DNA from: Bacteroidota bacterium
GTDB lineage: Bacteria; Bacteroidota; Ignavibacteria; UBA10030; UBA8401
Assembly: GCA_028873075.1 (NCBI GenBank)
Contig: JAGWND010000001.1
Span: 1-54,414, forward strand
Reading direction: 5' to 3'
DNA length: 54,414 nt
Within the stretch, counting starts at the first letter, position 1, and every line of letters starts with the position of its first letter. The notes under the pieces are model-generated. The model was not told the DNA's origin and made no database searches. It saw only the letters and a program-made list of their open reading frames with translations. The position numbers and the translations under genes are program-made. This document shows positions 9,538 through 19,195 of this stretch, piece by piece.

Positions 9538-9960
9538 TCAGGCATCAGCAGGATGTTCAATATCCATTTCTAATTTTTGTCGAAGATTTACGTACACAAT
9601 CTTCGGGCTGTTGGGTGAAATTTGAATTGCCCAATCTCCTTTCTCATTCCGAACAACTGATCCGAATAATTTGCGCAGGCGAAGCTGCGTGAATTTTTCC
9701 CAGAAGACCCAGCCGAAATACGCATCGGTGCCGTCCACATAAAATGCCGGTACGCGCTCCCCCGGCTCGCACGTTACCTGCTCGACAGTCATTGGTAGGA
9801 AATTGTTCTTCTCTAATTCCTGAAGAAATACATTGCTCACATCAACGCCCGAAAAAAGCAATTCGTGCTTCGCACGCTTCACCGTTTTACCTTCAATAAT
9901 GTCGCGAAATGTCTCGCGCAGCTTTTTGTCGAGCTGGCTGCGCGCATTAGCCGTCGTCAT
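9538..9960 (-). CDS. hypothetical protein (140 aa)
   Basis: ATG 9960 overlaps the stop of the upstream hydrolase (ATGA), suggesting translational coupling. I recognise no motif. Confidence 0.55.
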   Translation of the reverse strand: MTTANARSQLDKKLRETFRDIIEGKTVKRAKHELLFSGVDVSNVFLQELEKNNFLPMTVEQVTCEPGERVPAFYVDGTDAYFGWVFWEKFTQLRLRKLFGSVVRNEKGDWAIQISPNSPKIVYVNLRQKLEMDIEHPADA

Positions 9961-10832
9961 TTCGTTTCTCCTCCCAGAATAAAATTCTTCGCAACTTCCG
10001 TAAATTTCTCCGGCTCGTCGAGCCACGGAAAGTGCCCGCTCCTTTCCATCAGCACGTAGCGGGCATTCGGAATTCTCTCGCGCATGGTTTCCGAGTGAGA
10101 AGGCGAAACGTGGATATCGTGCTTCCCGGCAATAATGAGTGTCGGGCAAGCTATCGCAGGAAGCTTAGCAAGAACATTGTACCGGCTCAGTTCGACAGTA
10201 GCAAAATATTTATAGCGCTCGATAGAAATGTCTGTCGAGGCAAACATCGCATCAACTTCCGCTTTTGCCCCTTCACGCTGAACATCCATGACATACACGG
10301 AACGCATGTACGCGCGAAAGTTTTCTGCAGTAAATTCGCGGCGGAATTTCTCTGCATTCTCTTTCACTTCTGGATAACGCGGATGATTTTTATCACGGAT
10401 TGTTCCTTTGTGAAAAAATCCGGTTGGAGAAGAACAAATAACCATGAGCTTTTCCGCAGCTTGTGGAAATGCGAGTGCATATTCAAGTGCTGTAAATCCG
10501 CCCGCAGATTGTCCCATGACAAGCCACGACGAAATACCGAGCGCGTTTCTGACAGCTTCAAGATCATCCACGAGCGTTGGAATTCCGTACTCCTGTTTGT
10601 CGAAAACGGGGCCCGAAATTCCTGTCCCCCGCGGGTCAACAAAAATCAATGTCAGAAAATCGGACATTGCAAGAAGCGTATTCCATTGATGCGAAGAAAC
10701 GCCCCACGGCACGGGACAAATGATGCATGGCGGTCCTTTGCCGCGTGCCGTGTAACCGATCCATGTCTTACCACGAGAAAGACGGAATGTTCCTCCCGCC
10801 TTTGGCGGGATGTTCCAGTCGGGAATAATCAT
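9957..10832 (-). CDS. alpha/beta hydrolase (proline iminopeptidase-like)
   Basis: 291 aa with the nucleophile elbow GQSAGG and the HD..V / GH.P pattern near the C-terminus. Confidence 0.85.
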   Translation of the reverse strand: MIIPDWNIPPKAGGTFRLSRGKTWIGYTARGKGPPCIICPVPWGVSSHQWNTLLAMSDFLTLIFVDPRGTGISGPVFDKQEYGIPTLVDDLEAVRNALGISSWLVMGQSAGGFTALEYALAFPQAAEKLMVICSSPTGFFHKGTIRDKNHPRYPEVKENAEKFRREFTAENFRAYMRSVYVMDVQREGAKAEVDAMFASTDISIERYKYFATVELSRYNVLAKLPAIACPTLIIAGKHDIHVSPSHSETMRERIPNARYVLMERSGHFPWLDEPEKFTEVAKNFILGGETK

Positions 10833-10924
10833 CGGGAGAAAAATATAGCACTCCAGCGAATGAGAAGCAAAAAAGAAAACGCTTAACCTTACGAAGGTTG
10901 TAAAACCTACGCAAGGTTTTTCTT

Positions 10925-12193
10925 CTACGTCTTCTGCTGTTTCTTCTTCGCCGCTGGAAAGAGCACGTTATTGAGGATGAGACGGTAGCCGGGGGAGTTT
11001 TTGTGGAGGCTTAAATCTGTCGGCGGGTCGCCGACAGCATGTTGGTAATCTTCCGGATCGTGGCCGCCGTAAAACGTGAACGAGCCGCGCCCGTAATTGC
11101 CGTGAAGATATTTCACTTCTTCCGTTCCTTCCCGCTCCGCAAGAATTGTCACCGTCGGCTTGATCAAACTTTTTTTGAACGCCGTCGTCTGCCCCATAAA
11201 TCCTTTGATGATGTTGACGTGGTCCTGTGTCAGCATCGTGGGAACAGGATCGTACTTTGCGGAAAACTGAAACAGTGTAAAGTAATCGGTGTTCGGGTCG
11301 CGGATCGGCACAGGATCGCTCGGAGGAATGTCAATGTCGGAATACTCGTAGCGGTACGGATTCATCTCGAGCGTGAAATTCTGAAAGGCGAGCGTTTTTG
11401 AAAAGTCGAGCTTTTTCTGCGCATCGGGGTCGGGCGGATCGCCGTCATACATTACATCGCAGATGTCGTCGTTCTCAGCCGCAAGTGCAATGTCGTACGT
11501 GTCGGTCGCGGAACACATCGCAAACATGAAGCCGCCGTTGCCGATGTAATCTTTAATCGCACGGGCAACAGCTTTCTTTTCTTCCGAAACTTTTTTGAAG
11601 CCTAACTTATGCGCTTCTTTTTCGTACTGGATCTGCTGCTCGATGTACCACTGCGAATTGTGATGCGTTGCGTAGAATTTCCCGTACTGTCCGGTGAAAT
11701 CTTCGTGGTGGAGATGAAGCCAGTCGTACTGCGAAAGCTTTCCGCCAAGCACTTCATCATCCCACACCTTTGTGTACGGAATTTCGGCGTACTCGAGTGC
11801 CATCGTGACGGCGTCGTCCCACGGATTGAATGTCGGGGGAACATAGACGGCGATCTTCGGCGCTTTTTCCAACCGCTCGACATCCATATTCGAGTTTTCG
11901 CTTTCGATCTCACCGTAAACCTGCGCCGCTTGTGCGCCGCTTTCCGGTTCGAACAAAACACCCCGCACGCGGCACTCCGTTGCCGCAGCGTCGCTGTAAT
12001 CCATCATGAACGAGCCGCCGCGGTAATTCAACAGCCAGTCCACTTCAACACCCTGCTCGAGCGCCCAGTACGCGATGCCGTACGCCTTGAGATGATTCGT
12101 TTGTTTCAAATCCATCGGAATGAGAAGCTTCTGCTGGGCATACCCCATGCTTAACGTGAAAAAAAATATTCCCAGAAAAAACAACCGTTTCAT
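10925..12193 (-). CDS. conserved FCB-group secreted protein (family often auto-annotated 'asparagine synthetase B', glutamine-amidotransferase-like fold)
   Basis: ATG 12193 gives the signal peptide MKRLFFLGIFFFTLSMGYAQ. QTNHLKAYGIAYWAL...NYRGGSF matches my recollection of this family. The longer ORF start at 12256 is a TTG. Confidence 0.65.
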   Translation of the reverse strand: MKRLFFLGIFFFTLSMGYAQQKLLIPMDLKQTNHLKAYGIAYWALEQGVEVDWLLNYRGGSFMMDYSDAAATECRVRGVLFEPESGAQAAQVYGEIESENSNMDVERLEKAPKIAVYVPPTFNPWDDAVTMALEYAEIPYTKVWDDEVLGGKLSQYDWLHLHHEDFTGQYGKFYATHHNSQWYIEQQIQYEKEAHKLGFKKVSEEKKAVARAIKDYIGNGGFMFAMCSATDTYDIALAAENDDICDVMYDGDPPDPDAQKKLDFSKTLAFQNFTLEMNPYRYEYSDIDIPPSDPVPIRDPNTDYFTLFQFSAKYDPVPTMLTQDHVNIIKGFMGQTTAFKKSLIKPTVTILAEREGTEEVKYLHGNYGRGSFTFYGGHDPEDYQHAVGDPPTDLSLHKNSPGYRLILNNVLFPAAKKKQQKT

Positions 12194-12264
12194 TTCTTTT
12201 TTATGGAATAAACGAGGCAGAAAAACACATCGAGGGTTACGGGTTTCATAATTCAATTAAAAAA

Positions 12265-12354
12265 CTGTTTCGTGGTTTGAGTTTCGGGTTTTGCGTTTTT
12301 GAACTTCTGAACGCCGCCTGCTTAGCTCGAACCCAAAAACTCAAACCTCGAATC
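12265..12354. repeat. heptad-periodic inverted-repeat element E1
   Basis: Left arm CTGTTTC GTGGTTT GAGTTTC GGGTTTT GCGTTTT; right arm GCTCGAA CCCAAAA ACTCAAA CCTCGAA. An 11-bp perfect stem GGTTTGAGTTT (12274-12284) pairs with AAACTCAAACC (12337-12347), with flanking pairs. Confidence 0.8.
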
Positions 12355-12389
12355 TTTTCAACGTACGAACTTTTCCCCACTTCAGCAAA

Positions 12390-13049
12390 CTACGCCGCAG
12401 AAAGAAGCGCCGGAGATGGCTGTGTGTGTTTCTTCGCTTTCTTCACCGGAGCCGCGATATAACCTTCCCGTACCGCGAACGTATGGAGCTTTTCCTGCAT
12501 CACTTTCCTCGCACGGTGGAGCCGCGAGCGAACCGTGCCGAGAGGAATTTCAAGTATCTCGGCAATTTCTTCATACGTCAATCCTTCAAGATCGGAGAGA
12601 ATGATGATCGTACGGAATTCTTCAGTGAGAGACTCCATCGCATTGACAATATCGTCATCGAGCATGTTCCTGAAGAGTTGCGTGCGCAGATCGTTCGAAT
12701 CGTCCGAATGCTTTTTCACCAGGTCGTAGTAATCCTGAATTTCGTCGTAATCAACTTGTTCCGGCGTTCGCGCCTGCCGGCGGTAATCGTTGATGAAAGA
12801 ATTTTTCATAATGCGGAAGAGCCACGCTTTTGCATTCGTGCCTCGCTCGTACTTGTCAATGAAACGGTACGCCTTCAGGTACGTGTCTTGCAGCAAATCT
12901 TTCGCATCGTCGGTATTGCCGGTGGTGCGGAGTGCAAAGTTGTATAACAGACTCATGTGCGGAACCATCTCGCGCTGGAATAATTCCTCTCTCTCTCGTA
13001 CAACGTTTTTTTCTATTTTTGAAGTCATAGCAACCGCCTTTCTTGGCAT
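12390..13049 (-). CDS. ECF-type RNA polymerase sigma-70 factor
   Basis: 219 aa with region 2 (DLLQDTYLKAYR..AWLFRIMKNSFINDYR) and region 4 (LSDLEGLTYEEIAEILEIPLGTVRSRLHRAR). Confidence 0.85.
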   Translation of the reverse strand: MPRKAVAMTSKIEKNVVREREELFQREMVPHMSLLYNFALRTTGNTDDAKDLLQDTYLKAYRFIDKYERGTNAKAWLFRIMKNSFINDYRRQARTPEQVDYDEIQDYYDLVKKHSDDSNDLRTQLFRNMLDDDIVNAMESLTEEFRTIIILSDLEGLTYEEIAEILEIPLGTVRSRLHRARKVMQEKLHTFAVREGYIAAPVKKAKKHTQPSPALLSAA

Positions 13050-13130
13050 GTGGAATTCTGGAGTGCCTCTATAATTAACAACAAATTTCAGTTCCCAAGG
13101 TTTAATTTACTCCCGTTTTTCAGGCATTTC

Positions 13131-13177
13131 CTAAGAAAAAGAGCAGATGGACTCCAACTTCAACGTGGAGCCCATCT
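13131..13177 (-). terminator. probable intrinsic terminator downstream of dnaX
   Basis: On the minus strand, AGATGGGCTCCAC..GTTGGAGTCCATCT forms a ~12-bp stem with 1 mismatch and is followed by GCTCTTTTTCTT. Confidence 0.55.
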
Positions 13178-13233
13178 CTATACTAATGAAGACGAATCTC
13201 TTCCGAAAAAATTGCCGGGTAATCGTTGAACTG

Positions 13234-15096
13234 CTAACTTAGACGTTCTGCGCCGAAGTCTCGTTCCAACGTTTCAATGATGGAATGTATTTTTTCCGAA
13301 CCCGCCTGTCGGACAGGCAAGTCGGCAGGGGACGGGTTCGGAGCTATGGATTCGGGAAAGGTGAGAGAAGTTTCAGAAGAAAAAGCCGCTCCCGGCTTGT
13401 CCAAAGAACCCTTCGAGTCGGGGCGCTGCTCGGGCAAGGCAAACGGCTGAACGACAGATTCGAGACGGAGGCGCGTGTTGAGCGTTTGGTTGATTTTCTC
13501 CGTAAGAAAAATGCCGTTCCGTTTTATCGCCGCCGAATGATATTCGTCCGGGCACGCAATGCGGAGCGCTCCGTTCACAATTTCAAGCGGGTGGCTTTCT
13601 GCAAGAACGGTCCCCACGGAAATTTTCTGCGCGCGCACGTCGGCAACAACTTGCTCCCACATTGTCTGAACGTGTTGCATGGTCGAAAATTCCTTTGGAG
13701 CAGTGCCGGGAACAAGCGATGTCCCGAGTGGATTTTCAATCCGCTGTTCCGAAGACAGCGAGCGATGTGCATCACCGGAAGGGAGCGGCGACATCGTCGT
13801 ACGGGACTCGAATCCGAAAGAGCGTTCGGAGACGGCACCGGGAGAAGCAATAGACAGAGAATATGTCGCTTTTTTTCCGGTTGAAGACTCCTTTGGAGCA
13901 AAACTCAGCGACGGAGGCCCGTTCGGTTCAAGTCCCGCCTTTGGCGGGATGGATTCCCACTTTTTTTTTAACTCATCAATCTGCGCGAGGAGCTCATTGA
14001 TACGGACGGACTGTTCCATTTTTGTCATCTGTACAATGCTCACTTCAAAACGGAAGCGTGGTTGTGTGCTGTACCGCAGAGCCGATTCCAATTCCGATAC
14101 GGTTTTGATGAGCCGGAGCAAATCCTGTTCGTTGAAGGTATTGCTGTCTTGAAGGTATCGCCGGCGGTAGGCTTCCGACGTTTCAATGAGATCCCCCGAA
14201 TGCATCGAGCGCGCGACCAACAAATTGCGAAAATGTTCCGCCAACCCTCCGGCAAACTCCTTCAAATCGAATCCGTCCCGCACAATTTCATCTACAAGAT
14301 CGAGTCCTGCTTTTGTATCATGAGCTTTGATAATATCGGAGACGCGGAAGAAAAATTCCTGATCAACGATGTTGAGCGCCTCTGCCGTTTGCTGTGCTGT
14401 AATTGTTGTTCCGCAGTACGACACGACCTGATCGAAGATGCTTTGCGCATCGCGCATGGCACCGTCCGCTTTTTTTGCGATAAAGAGAAGCGAATCGTCG
14501 TCAATCGAAATTTTTTCTTCTCCGGCAATGAAGCGAAGACGCTTGCTGATATCGTCAATAGAGATGCGGCGGAAATCGTACCGCTGGCACCGCGAGATAA
14601 TTGTGGACGGCACTTTCTGAATTTCCGTCGTCGCAAAAATGAAAAGAATGTGCGGGGGCGGCTCTTCAAGGACTTTCAGCAGCGCATTGAACGCGCCTTT
14701 GGAAAGCATGTGCACTTCGTCAATGATGTAGACTTTTTTCTTTCCGCGCGACGGCGTGTACCGGGCGGCTTCACGAATCGAGCGCACATCGTCAACGCTG
14801 TTGGTCGAGGCGCCGTCAATCTCGATGATGTCCATGCTGCGTCCGCTGTTGATCTCCTCGCACACCTCGCATTCGTTGCACGGATTGGAGTCCTTCGGGT
14901 TCAGACAGTTCACCGCTTTTGCAAGAATGCGCGCCGTCGAAGTTTTGCCGCAGCCGCGTCCACCGCTGAAAAGAAACGCGTGCGCCAGCCGATTGGTTGC
15001 GAGCGCGTTACGCAGCGTGTTGGTTACATGTGTTTGCCCGATGACATCTTCAAACACCATCGGTCGCCATTTGCGTGCGGTAACTTGATAGGGCAT
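13234..15096 (-). CDS. dnaX: DNA polymerase III subunits gamma/tau
   Basis: 620 aa with Walker A GGRGCGKTS, the zinc module CNECEVC, the DEVHML box and SRCQRYDF sensor, followed by a long low-complexity tau C-terminus. Confidence 0.95.
   Translation of the reverse strand: MPYQVTARKWRPMVFEDVIGQTHVTNTLRNALATNRLAHAFLFSGGRGCGKTSTARILAKAVNCLNPKDSNPCNECEVCEEINSGRSMDIIEIDGASTNSVDDVRSIREAARYTPSRGKKKVYIIDEVHMLSKGAFNALLKVLEEPPPHILFIFATTEIQKVPSTIISRCQRYDFRRISIDDISKRLRFIAGEEKISIDDDSLLFIAKKADGAMRDAQSIFDQVVSYCGTTITAQQTAEALNIVDQEFFFRVSDIIKAHDTKAGLDLVDEIVRDGFDLKEFAGGLAEHFRNLLVARSMHSGDLIETSEAYRRRYLQDSNTFNEQDLLRLIKTVSELESALRYSTQPRFRFEVSIVQMTKMEQSVRINELLAQIDELKKKWESIPPKAGLEPNGPPSLSFAPKESSTGKKATYSLSIASPGAVSERSFGFESRTTMSPLPSGDAHRSLSSEQRIENPLGTSLVPGTAPKEFSTMQHVQTMWEQVVADVRAQKISVGTVLAESHPLEIVNGALRIACPDEYHSAAIKRNGIFLTEKINQTLNTRLRLESVVQPFALPEQRPDSKGSLDKPGAAFSSETSLTFPESIAPNPSPADLPVRQAGSEKIHSIIETLERDFGAERLS
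13933..13969 (-). other. candidate dnaX recoding signal: an A9 run (TTA AAA AAA AAG) plus a downstream hairpin
   Basis: The T9 on the plus strand at 13961-13969 encodes codons K377-K379. The hairpin TCCCGCC-AAA-GGCGGGA (13949-13933) starts 10 nt after the AAG. The -1 frame stops after 10 codons (TGA at 13930-13928). Confidence 0.5.
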
Positions 15097-15159
15097 AAAG
15101 AGAAATTAAGAATGAAAAATTAAAAAAGAAACAACACGTTCATCAAGCAACTGTTGAGG

Positions 15160-17559
15160 TCATTTCTTCTTTCCAAACACGTACGGCACTGCGTCCTCGA
15201 TCTTTTCAATCGGAAGAATCTTCAATCCTTCTTTCACTTTCTCCTGAATCTCCACGAGGTCTTTTTCATTTTCTTTCGGAATAAGGACGGTCGCCATGCC
15301 GTTGCGCTTTGCGGCGATCAGCTTCTCGTTCAGTCCGCCGATGGCGAGCACGTTGCCGCGCAATGTAATTTCGCCGGTCATCGCAATATCGGCACGGGCG
15401 GGCTTGCCGCTTAACGCCGAGAGCATCGCCATCGCCATCGTGATACCGGCTGAAGGCCCGTCCTTCGGAATCGCTCCTTCAGGCAGATGAATATGAATTT
15501 CTTTCTTCGTGAAGAAGTTCGGGTCTAACTTCATCTGTTTTGCGTTGGAACGAAGATAACTGAGCGCCGCATGTGCGGATTCTTTCATGACATCGCCAAG
15601 CTGTCCGGTCAGCGTCAGCCGTTCCGGTCCGCGCATGACGGTCACGTCAACGGAAAGAATGTCGCCGCCGACACTCGTCCACGCCAAGCCCGTGACAGAA
15701 CCGACGCGCGGCTTGCGTTCCGCCATACGCTCGCGGAATTTCGGCACGCCCAAATATTCTTCGATCTTTTTTTCATCGATGACGATTGAAGCGTGTTTCT
15801 TTTTCGCAGCTTTTGCGTGGTGACCGTTTTTCTGTTTTCCTAAAACAATATCCTTTGCAATTTTCCGGCACACGCCGGCAATCTCGCGCTCGAGATTCCG
15901 CACACCGGCTTCGCGCGTGTACTCACGGAGGATTTTCGTCAGCGCCGCGTCGGTGAATTCGATCTTCTTTTCTTTCAACCCGTGTTCGGCAAGCTGCTTG
16001 GGAAGAATGTGGCGCCGCGCAATCTCTTTCTTGTCGTAATCGAGATAGCCCGAAAGCTCGATGATCTCCATTCTGTCCTGCAGCGGCAACGGAATCTGGT
16101 ATCGCACGTTTGCCGTCGTGATGAACATGACGCCGGAGAGGTCGTAATCAACATCGAGGTAATGATCGTTGAACGTGCTGTTCTGCTCCGGATCGAGAAC
16201 CTCGAGCAGCGCGGACGCCGGATCGCCGTGAAAATCCATGCTCATTTTATCCACTTCGTCCATCAGCATAACGGGATTGACGACGCCGGCGCGTTTCATT
16301 GACTGAATAATTTTCCCCGGCATCGAACCGATATAGGTGCGGCGGTGTCCGCGGATTTCCGCTTCGTCGCGCACGCCGCCGAGCGAAATGCGGACGAACT
16401 TTCTTCCCAACGCGCGCGCAATGGATTTTGCGAGCGACGTTTTTCCGACGCCCGGAGGCCCGACGAGGCAGAGAATCTGCCCTTTCATCTCCTTGACAAG
16501 ATTGAGAACGGCGATGTGCTCGAGTATTCTCTCCTTCGGCTTCTCCAAGCCGAAATGATCTTCATCTAAAATTTGCTTGACGTGCTCGACGCTGAGATTG
16601 TCTTTCGTCCGCTTTTTCCACGGCACGCCTGTCAGCCAATCGAGGTAGTTGCGGGTGACGGTGAACTCCGGCGACATCGCGGGGGTTTTTTTCAGCTTGT
16701 TGAATTCCTCCATCGCTTTGTCGTGCACTTCCTTCGGCATTCCGGCTTTCGTGATCTGCTCTTTCACCTTTGCCAGCTCGGGCGTCGCTTCATCCTCCCC
16801 CAATTCATCCTGAAGAATTTTGATCTGTTCCTGTATGAAATATTTCCGCTGCGACTTCTGAATATTGTCGTGAACCTTCGAATCAATTTCTTTTTCGATC
16901 TTCAACACGCTGATCTCGCCGTTGAGAATGCGGATCAATTCCATGAACTGCTCCCGCACGCTGCGGATGCCGAGAATTTTCTGCTTCACTTCCACGCTCT
17001 GCACGACGTTCGACGCCATAAAATAAAGCTGGCGCTGCGTGTCCTTGATATTCTCGAACGCCGAGTGCACCTCCGGAGGAATATTCCGGTTGTAGCGGAC
17101 GTACTCCCCGAACAGGTTCGACGCGTGGCGGACAACCGCCTCCATCTCCTTGTTTGTCTCAGGCACCGCCATGCTGATTTCCACTTCCGCCTGCAAAAAC
17201 TGATCGTTGGGGTGGATGCGCTTCACCGATGCCTGCACGACGCCGTCCACCAGAATTTTCATCAAGCCGTTGGGCAGCTTGAGAATCTGGATGATCTTTG
17301 CCACAACGCCGTCTTTGTAAATGTCGTCGGCAGAAGGCTCGTCAACATTCGGGTCTTGCTGTGCGGAAAGGAAAATGAATTTTTCATGCTCGAGTGCGTA
17401 GTTTGCCGCCCGCAGCGACGATTCGCGTCCGACAAGAACCGGAAAAATCATATAGGGAAACACCACCACGTCGCGCAGCGGAAGAACCGGCAGCATGGTG
17501 GGAATTGTTCCCGGCGGCTCGCTGATGGTTTGAACAATGCTGTTTTTTTTCTCAATCAT
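15160..17559 (-). CDS. lon: ATP-dependent Lon protease (LonA)
   Basis: About 800 aa from ATG 17559, with Walker [10 protein letters not shown], the protease site [11 protein letters not shown] and an N-terminal LON domain. Confidence 0.95.
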   Translation of the reverse strand: MIEKKNSIVQTISEPPGTIPTMLPVLPLRDVVVFPYMIFPVLVGRESSLRAANYALEHEKFIFLSAQQDPNVDEPSADDIYKDGVVAKIIQILKLPNGLMKILVDGVVQASVKRIHPNDQFLQAEVEISMAVPETNKEMEAVVRHASNLFGEYVRYNRNIPPEVHSAFENIKDTQRQLYFMASNVVQSVEVKQKILGIRSVREQFMELIRILNGEISVLKIEKEIDSKVHDNIQKSQRKYFIQEQIKILQDELGEDEATPELAKVKEQITKAGMPKEVHDKAMEEFNKLKKTPAMSPEFTVTRNYLDWLTGVPWKKRTKDNLSVEHVKQILDEDHFGLEKPKERILEHIAVLNLVKEMKGQILCLVGPPGVGKTSLAKSIARALGRKFVRISLGGVRDEAEIRGHRRTYIGSMPGKIIQSMKRAGVVNPVMLMDEVDKMSMDFHGDPASALLEVLDPEQNSTFNDHYLDVDYDLSGVMFITTANVRYQIPLPLQDRMEIIELSGYLDYDKKEIARRHILPKQLAEHGLKEKKIEFTDAALTKILREYTREAGVRNLEREIAGVCRKIAKDIVLGKQKNGHHAKAAKKKHASIVIDEKKIEEYLGVPKFRERMAERKPRVGSVTGLAWTSVGGDILSVDVTVMRGPERLTLTGQLGDVMKESAHAALSYLRSNAKQMKLDPNFFTKKEIHIHLPEGAIPKDGPSAGITMAMAMLSALSGKPARADIAMTGEITLRGNVLAIGGLNEKLIAAKRNGMATVLIPKENEKDLVEIQEKVKEGLKILPIEKIEDAVPYVFGKKK

Positions 17560-17593
17560 AAAGTTGTTTGTTTCATTGTCTTTGAATTGTAGA

Positions 17594-17628
17594 AATGTCC
17601 GACGCACCTTCAAGATGCGTCGGACATT
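17594..17628. promoter_or_regulatory. perfect 13-bp inverted repeat with a 9-nt spacer in the lon leader (AATGTCCGACGCA-N9-TGCGTCGGACATT)
   Basis: It lies 35-69 nt upstream of the lon ATG. It shares its outer stem TGTCCGAC/GTCGGACA with the REP hairpin at 6694. Confidence 0.6.
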
Positions 17629-17678
17629 CTGTAACACCGCTTGTAACGCCTGTACCCCGCAGAAAGTTTAACAGTAAA

Positions 17679-17707
17679 AAGATACTCAGAAATTGAAGTG
17701 TTGTCAA
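17679..17707 (-). promoter_or_regulatory. possible sigma-70-like lon promoter (TTGACA-17 nt-TATCTT)
   Basis: The minus strand reads cTTGACAacacttcaatttctgagTATCTT. Promoter rules for this lineage are unknown to me. Confidence 0.3.
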
Positions 17708-17740
17708 GAAACGGAAATGCTTGTCTATTCCTTGTAGAAA

Positions 17741-19051
17741 TTAAAATTTGGGTGACGCCTTTTTCTTTTTCATCGCATAAAACACCGGCAACCCAACGGC
17801 CAGCATCACAATTCCCGCCGCCGCTTGCGCCGGTTTTTCAATCAGCGTGCTGATAACAAACCAGACGGCGAACGAAATAAAAATGAGCGGCGTAACCGGA
17901 TAGCCGAATGTTTTATATTTCCGCTCTGCGTTTGCCAATTTCTTTCTGAAGATAAACACACTCGCCGCTGTCAGCGCAAAGAAAATCCAGTCGGTGAAAA
18001 CGACGTACGAAATCAGGTTTTCGAACGTTCCCCAGAATAAAATCAGCACGATTGCCCAAAGCGATTGAAGGAGAATTGCGTTCACCGGCGTGTGAAACTG
18101 TGGATGAATTTTTCCAAGCGATTGAAAAAACAATCCGTCAGACGCCATCGCGTAATAAATGCGCGGCGCCGTGAGCGTGTAAATTCCTGTTGTGCCGAAT
18201 GTTGAAATGAAAATCGCAATAGCAATTGCTCCGCCCCCCGCTGTACCGACAACGGTTGCAATCGCATCTGCTGCGAGACTCGACGACTGTGCGATTTGAC
18301 TTGGTGAAAGTAAAAAGAGATACGCTACGTTCACCGACACATACACAAGTGTCACGATCATTGCGCCGATCACCATTGCGAGCGGAATTGTGCGGTGCGG
18401 CTGCTTCGCTTCTGCCGAAGCAAATGTCGCATGCTGCCACCCGCCGTACGACCATAACACCCCGACCATCGCTATTCCAAGTCCGCCGCCAAAACCGGAT
18501 GCATGGAAAAAAGAAAAATCCGTTTTCGCACCGTTTCCCCACGCAAACCCGATGACAATAACGCCGAAAATTCCGGCAAGCTTCAGCACGGTGAAGACAT
18601 CGGAAAAAACGCCGCCGGCTTTTACACCGCGTACATTCACCGCTGTCACAATCACAATGCCGGTGATCGCGCACAGTTTTATTCCCGTTGGAGAAAGGGG
18701 CATGAAGTAACCGAAGTATGTTGCAAAAGCAATGCTCAGTGCGGCAATCGCGCCGGTATTCACCACAAGAAAATACGCCCAGCCGAAAAGAAATCCGGCA
18801 AGGTCGCCGTAACCTTCTTTCAGGAAAACATAGACACCGCCTGCTTTCGGAAATAACGCGCCAAGCTCCGCGTACGTCAGCGCGCCGGAAAGCGCCATGA
18901 CGCCGCCGAGAATCCAGACAAGCACGATCATCGGCGGCGACGGCAGCGCGTGGGCAATCATCGAAGGAGTCAGAAAAATTCCCGAGCCGATGGTGGAGCC
19001 GACGGCGATCATGATCATATCGAAAAGCGTGAGGCGCTGTTCAAGTTCCAA
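17741..19051 (-). CDS. APC-family amino acid permease
   Basis: 436 aa, about 12 TM, with the N-terminal IGSGIF motif typical of APC transporters. Confidence 0.9.
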   Translation of the reverse strand: MELEQRLTLFDMIMIAVGSTIGSGIFLTPSMIAHALPSPPMIVLVWILGGVMALSGALTYAELGALFPKAGGVYVFLKEGYGDLAGFLFGWAYFLVVNTGAIAALSIAFATYFGYFMPLSPTGIKLCAITGIVIVTAVNVRGVKAGGVFSDVFTVLKLAGIFGVIVIGFAWGNGAKTDFSFFHASGFGGGLGIAMVGVLWSYGGWQHATFASAEAKQPHRTIPLAMVIGAMIVTLVYVSVNVAYLFLLSPSQIAQSSSLAADAIATVVGTAGGGAIAIAIFISTFGTTGIYTLTAPRIYYAMASDGLFFQSLGKIHPQFHTPVNAILLQSLWAIVLILFWGTFENLISYVVFTDWIFFALTAASVFIFRKKLANAERKYKTFGYPVTPLIFISFAVWFVISTLIEKPAQAAAGIVMLAVGLPVFYAMKKKKASPKF

Positions 19052-19195
19052 TGGAATCCCTTCGGGACATAATTCGTAATGAAGAATGAGGAATTGTGTA
19101 TTGGCTACGGCTTGCTTAAGGTAGGTGAAGGCGGGGAAAGAAGCAACTTGATAAACAAACTTATTGTGCTTGACTCAGCTTTGCAATAACTTCTC

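Noticed and set aside
10032-10886. Long ORFs antisense to confident genes: 10032..10886(+), 14062..15123(+), 16573..17592(+), 19893..20909(+), 35001..35852(-), 45396..46349(-), 47685..48362(-).
   Set aside because: Each lies fully within, and opposite to, a gene with strong family motifs. Their translations are Arg/His/Cys-rich with no recognisable domains. They are shadow ORFs typical of about 50% GC DNA.
15097-15159. SRP RNA (ffs) is often found just upstream of dnaX.
   Set aside because: The 63-nt gap to lon is too short, and it lacks the conserved GGAAG/AGCAG domain IV motif.
17560-17637. N-terminal extensions offered by the ORF track: lon from 17637, ackA from 44048, queF from 3628, otsAB from 45330, the F420-reductase-like gene from 29085, and the 12256 TTG start.
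   Set aside because: The extensions use non-ATG starts, lack Shine-Dalgarno sequences, overlap upstream genes or hairpins, and precede canonical family N-termini or signal peptides that begin at internal ATGs.
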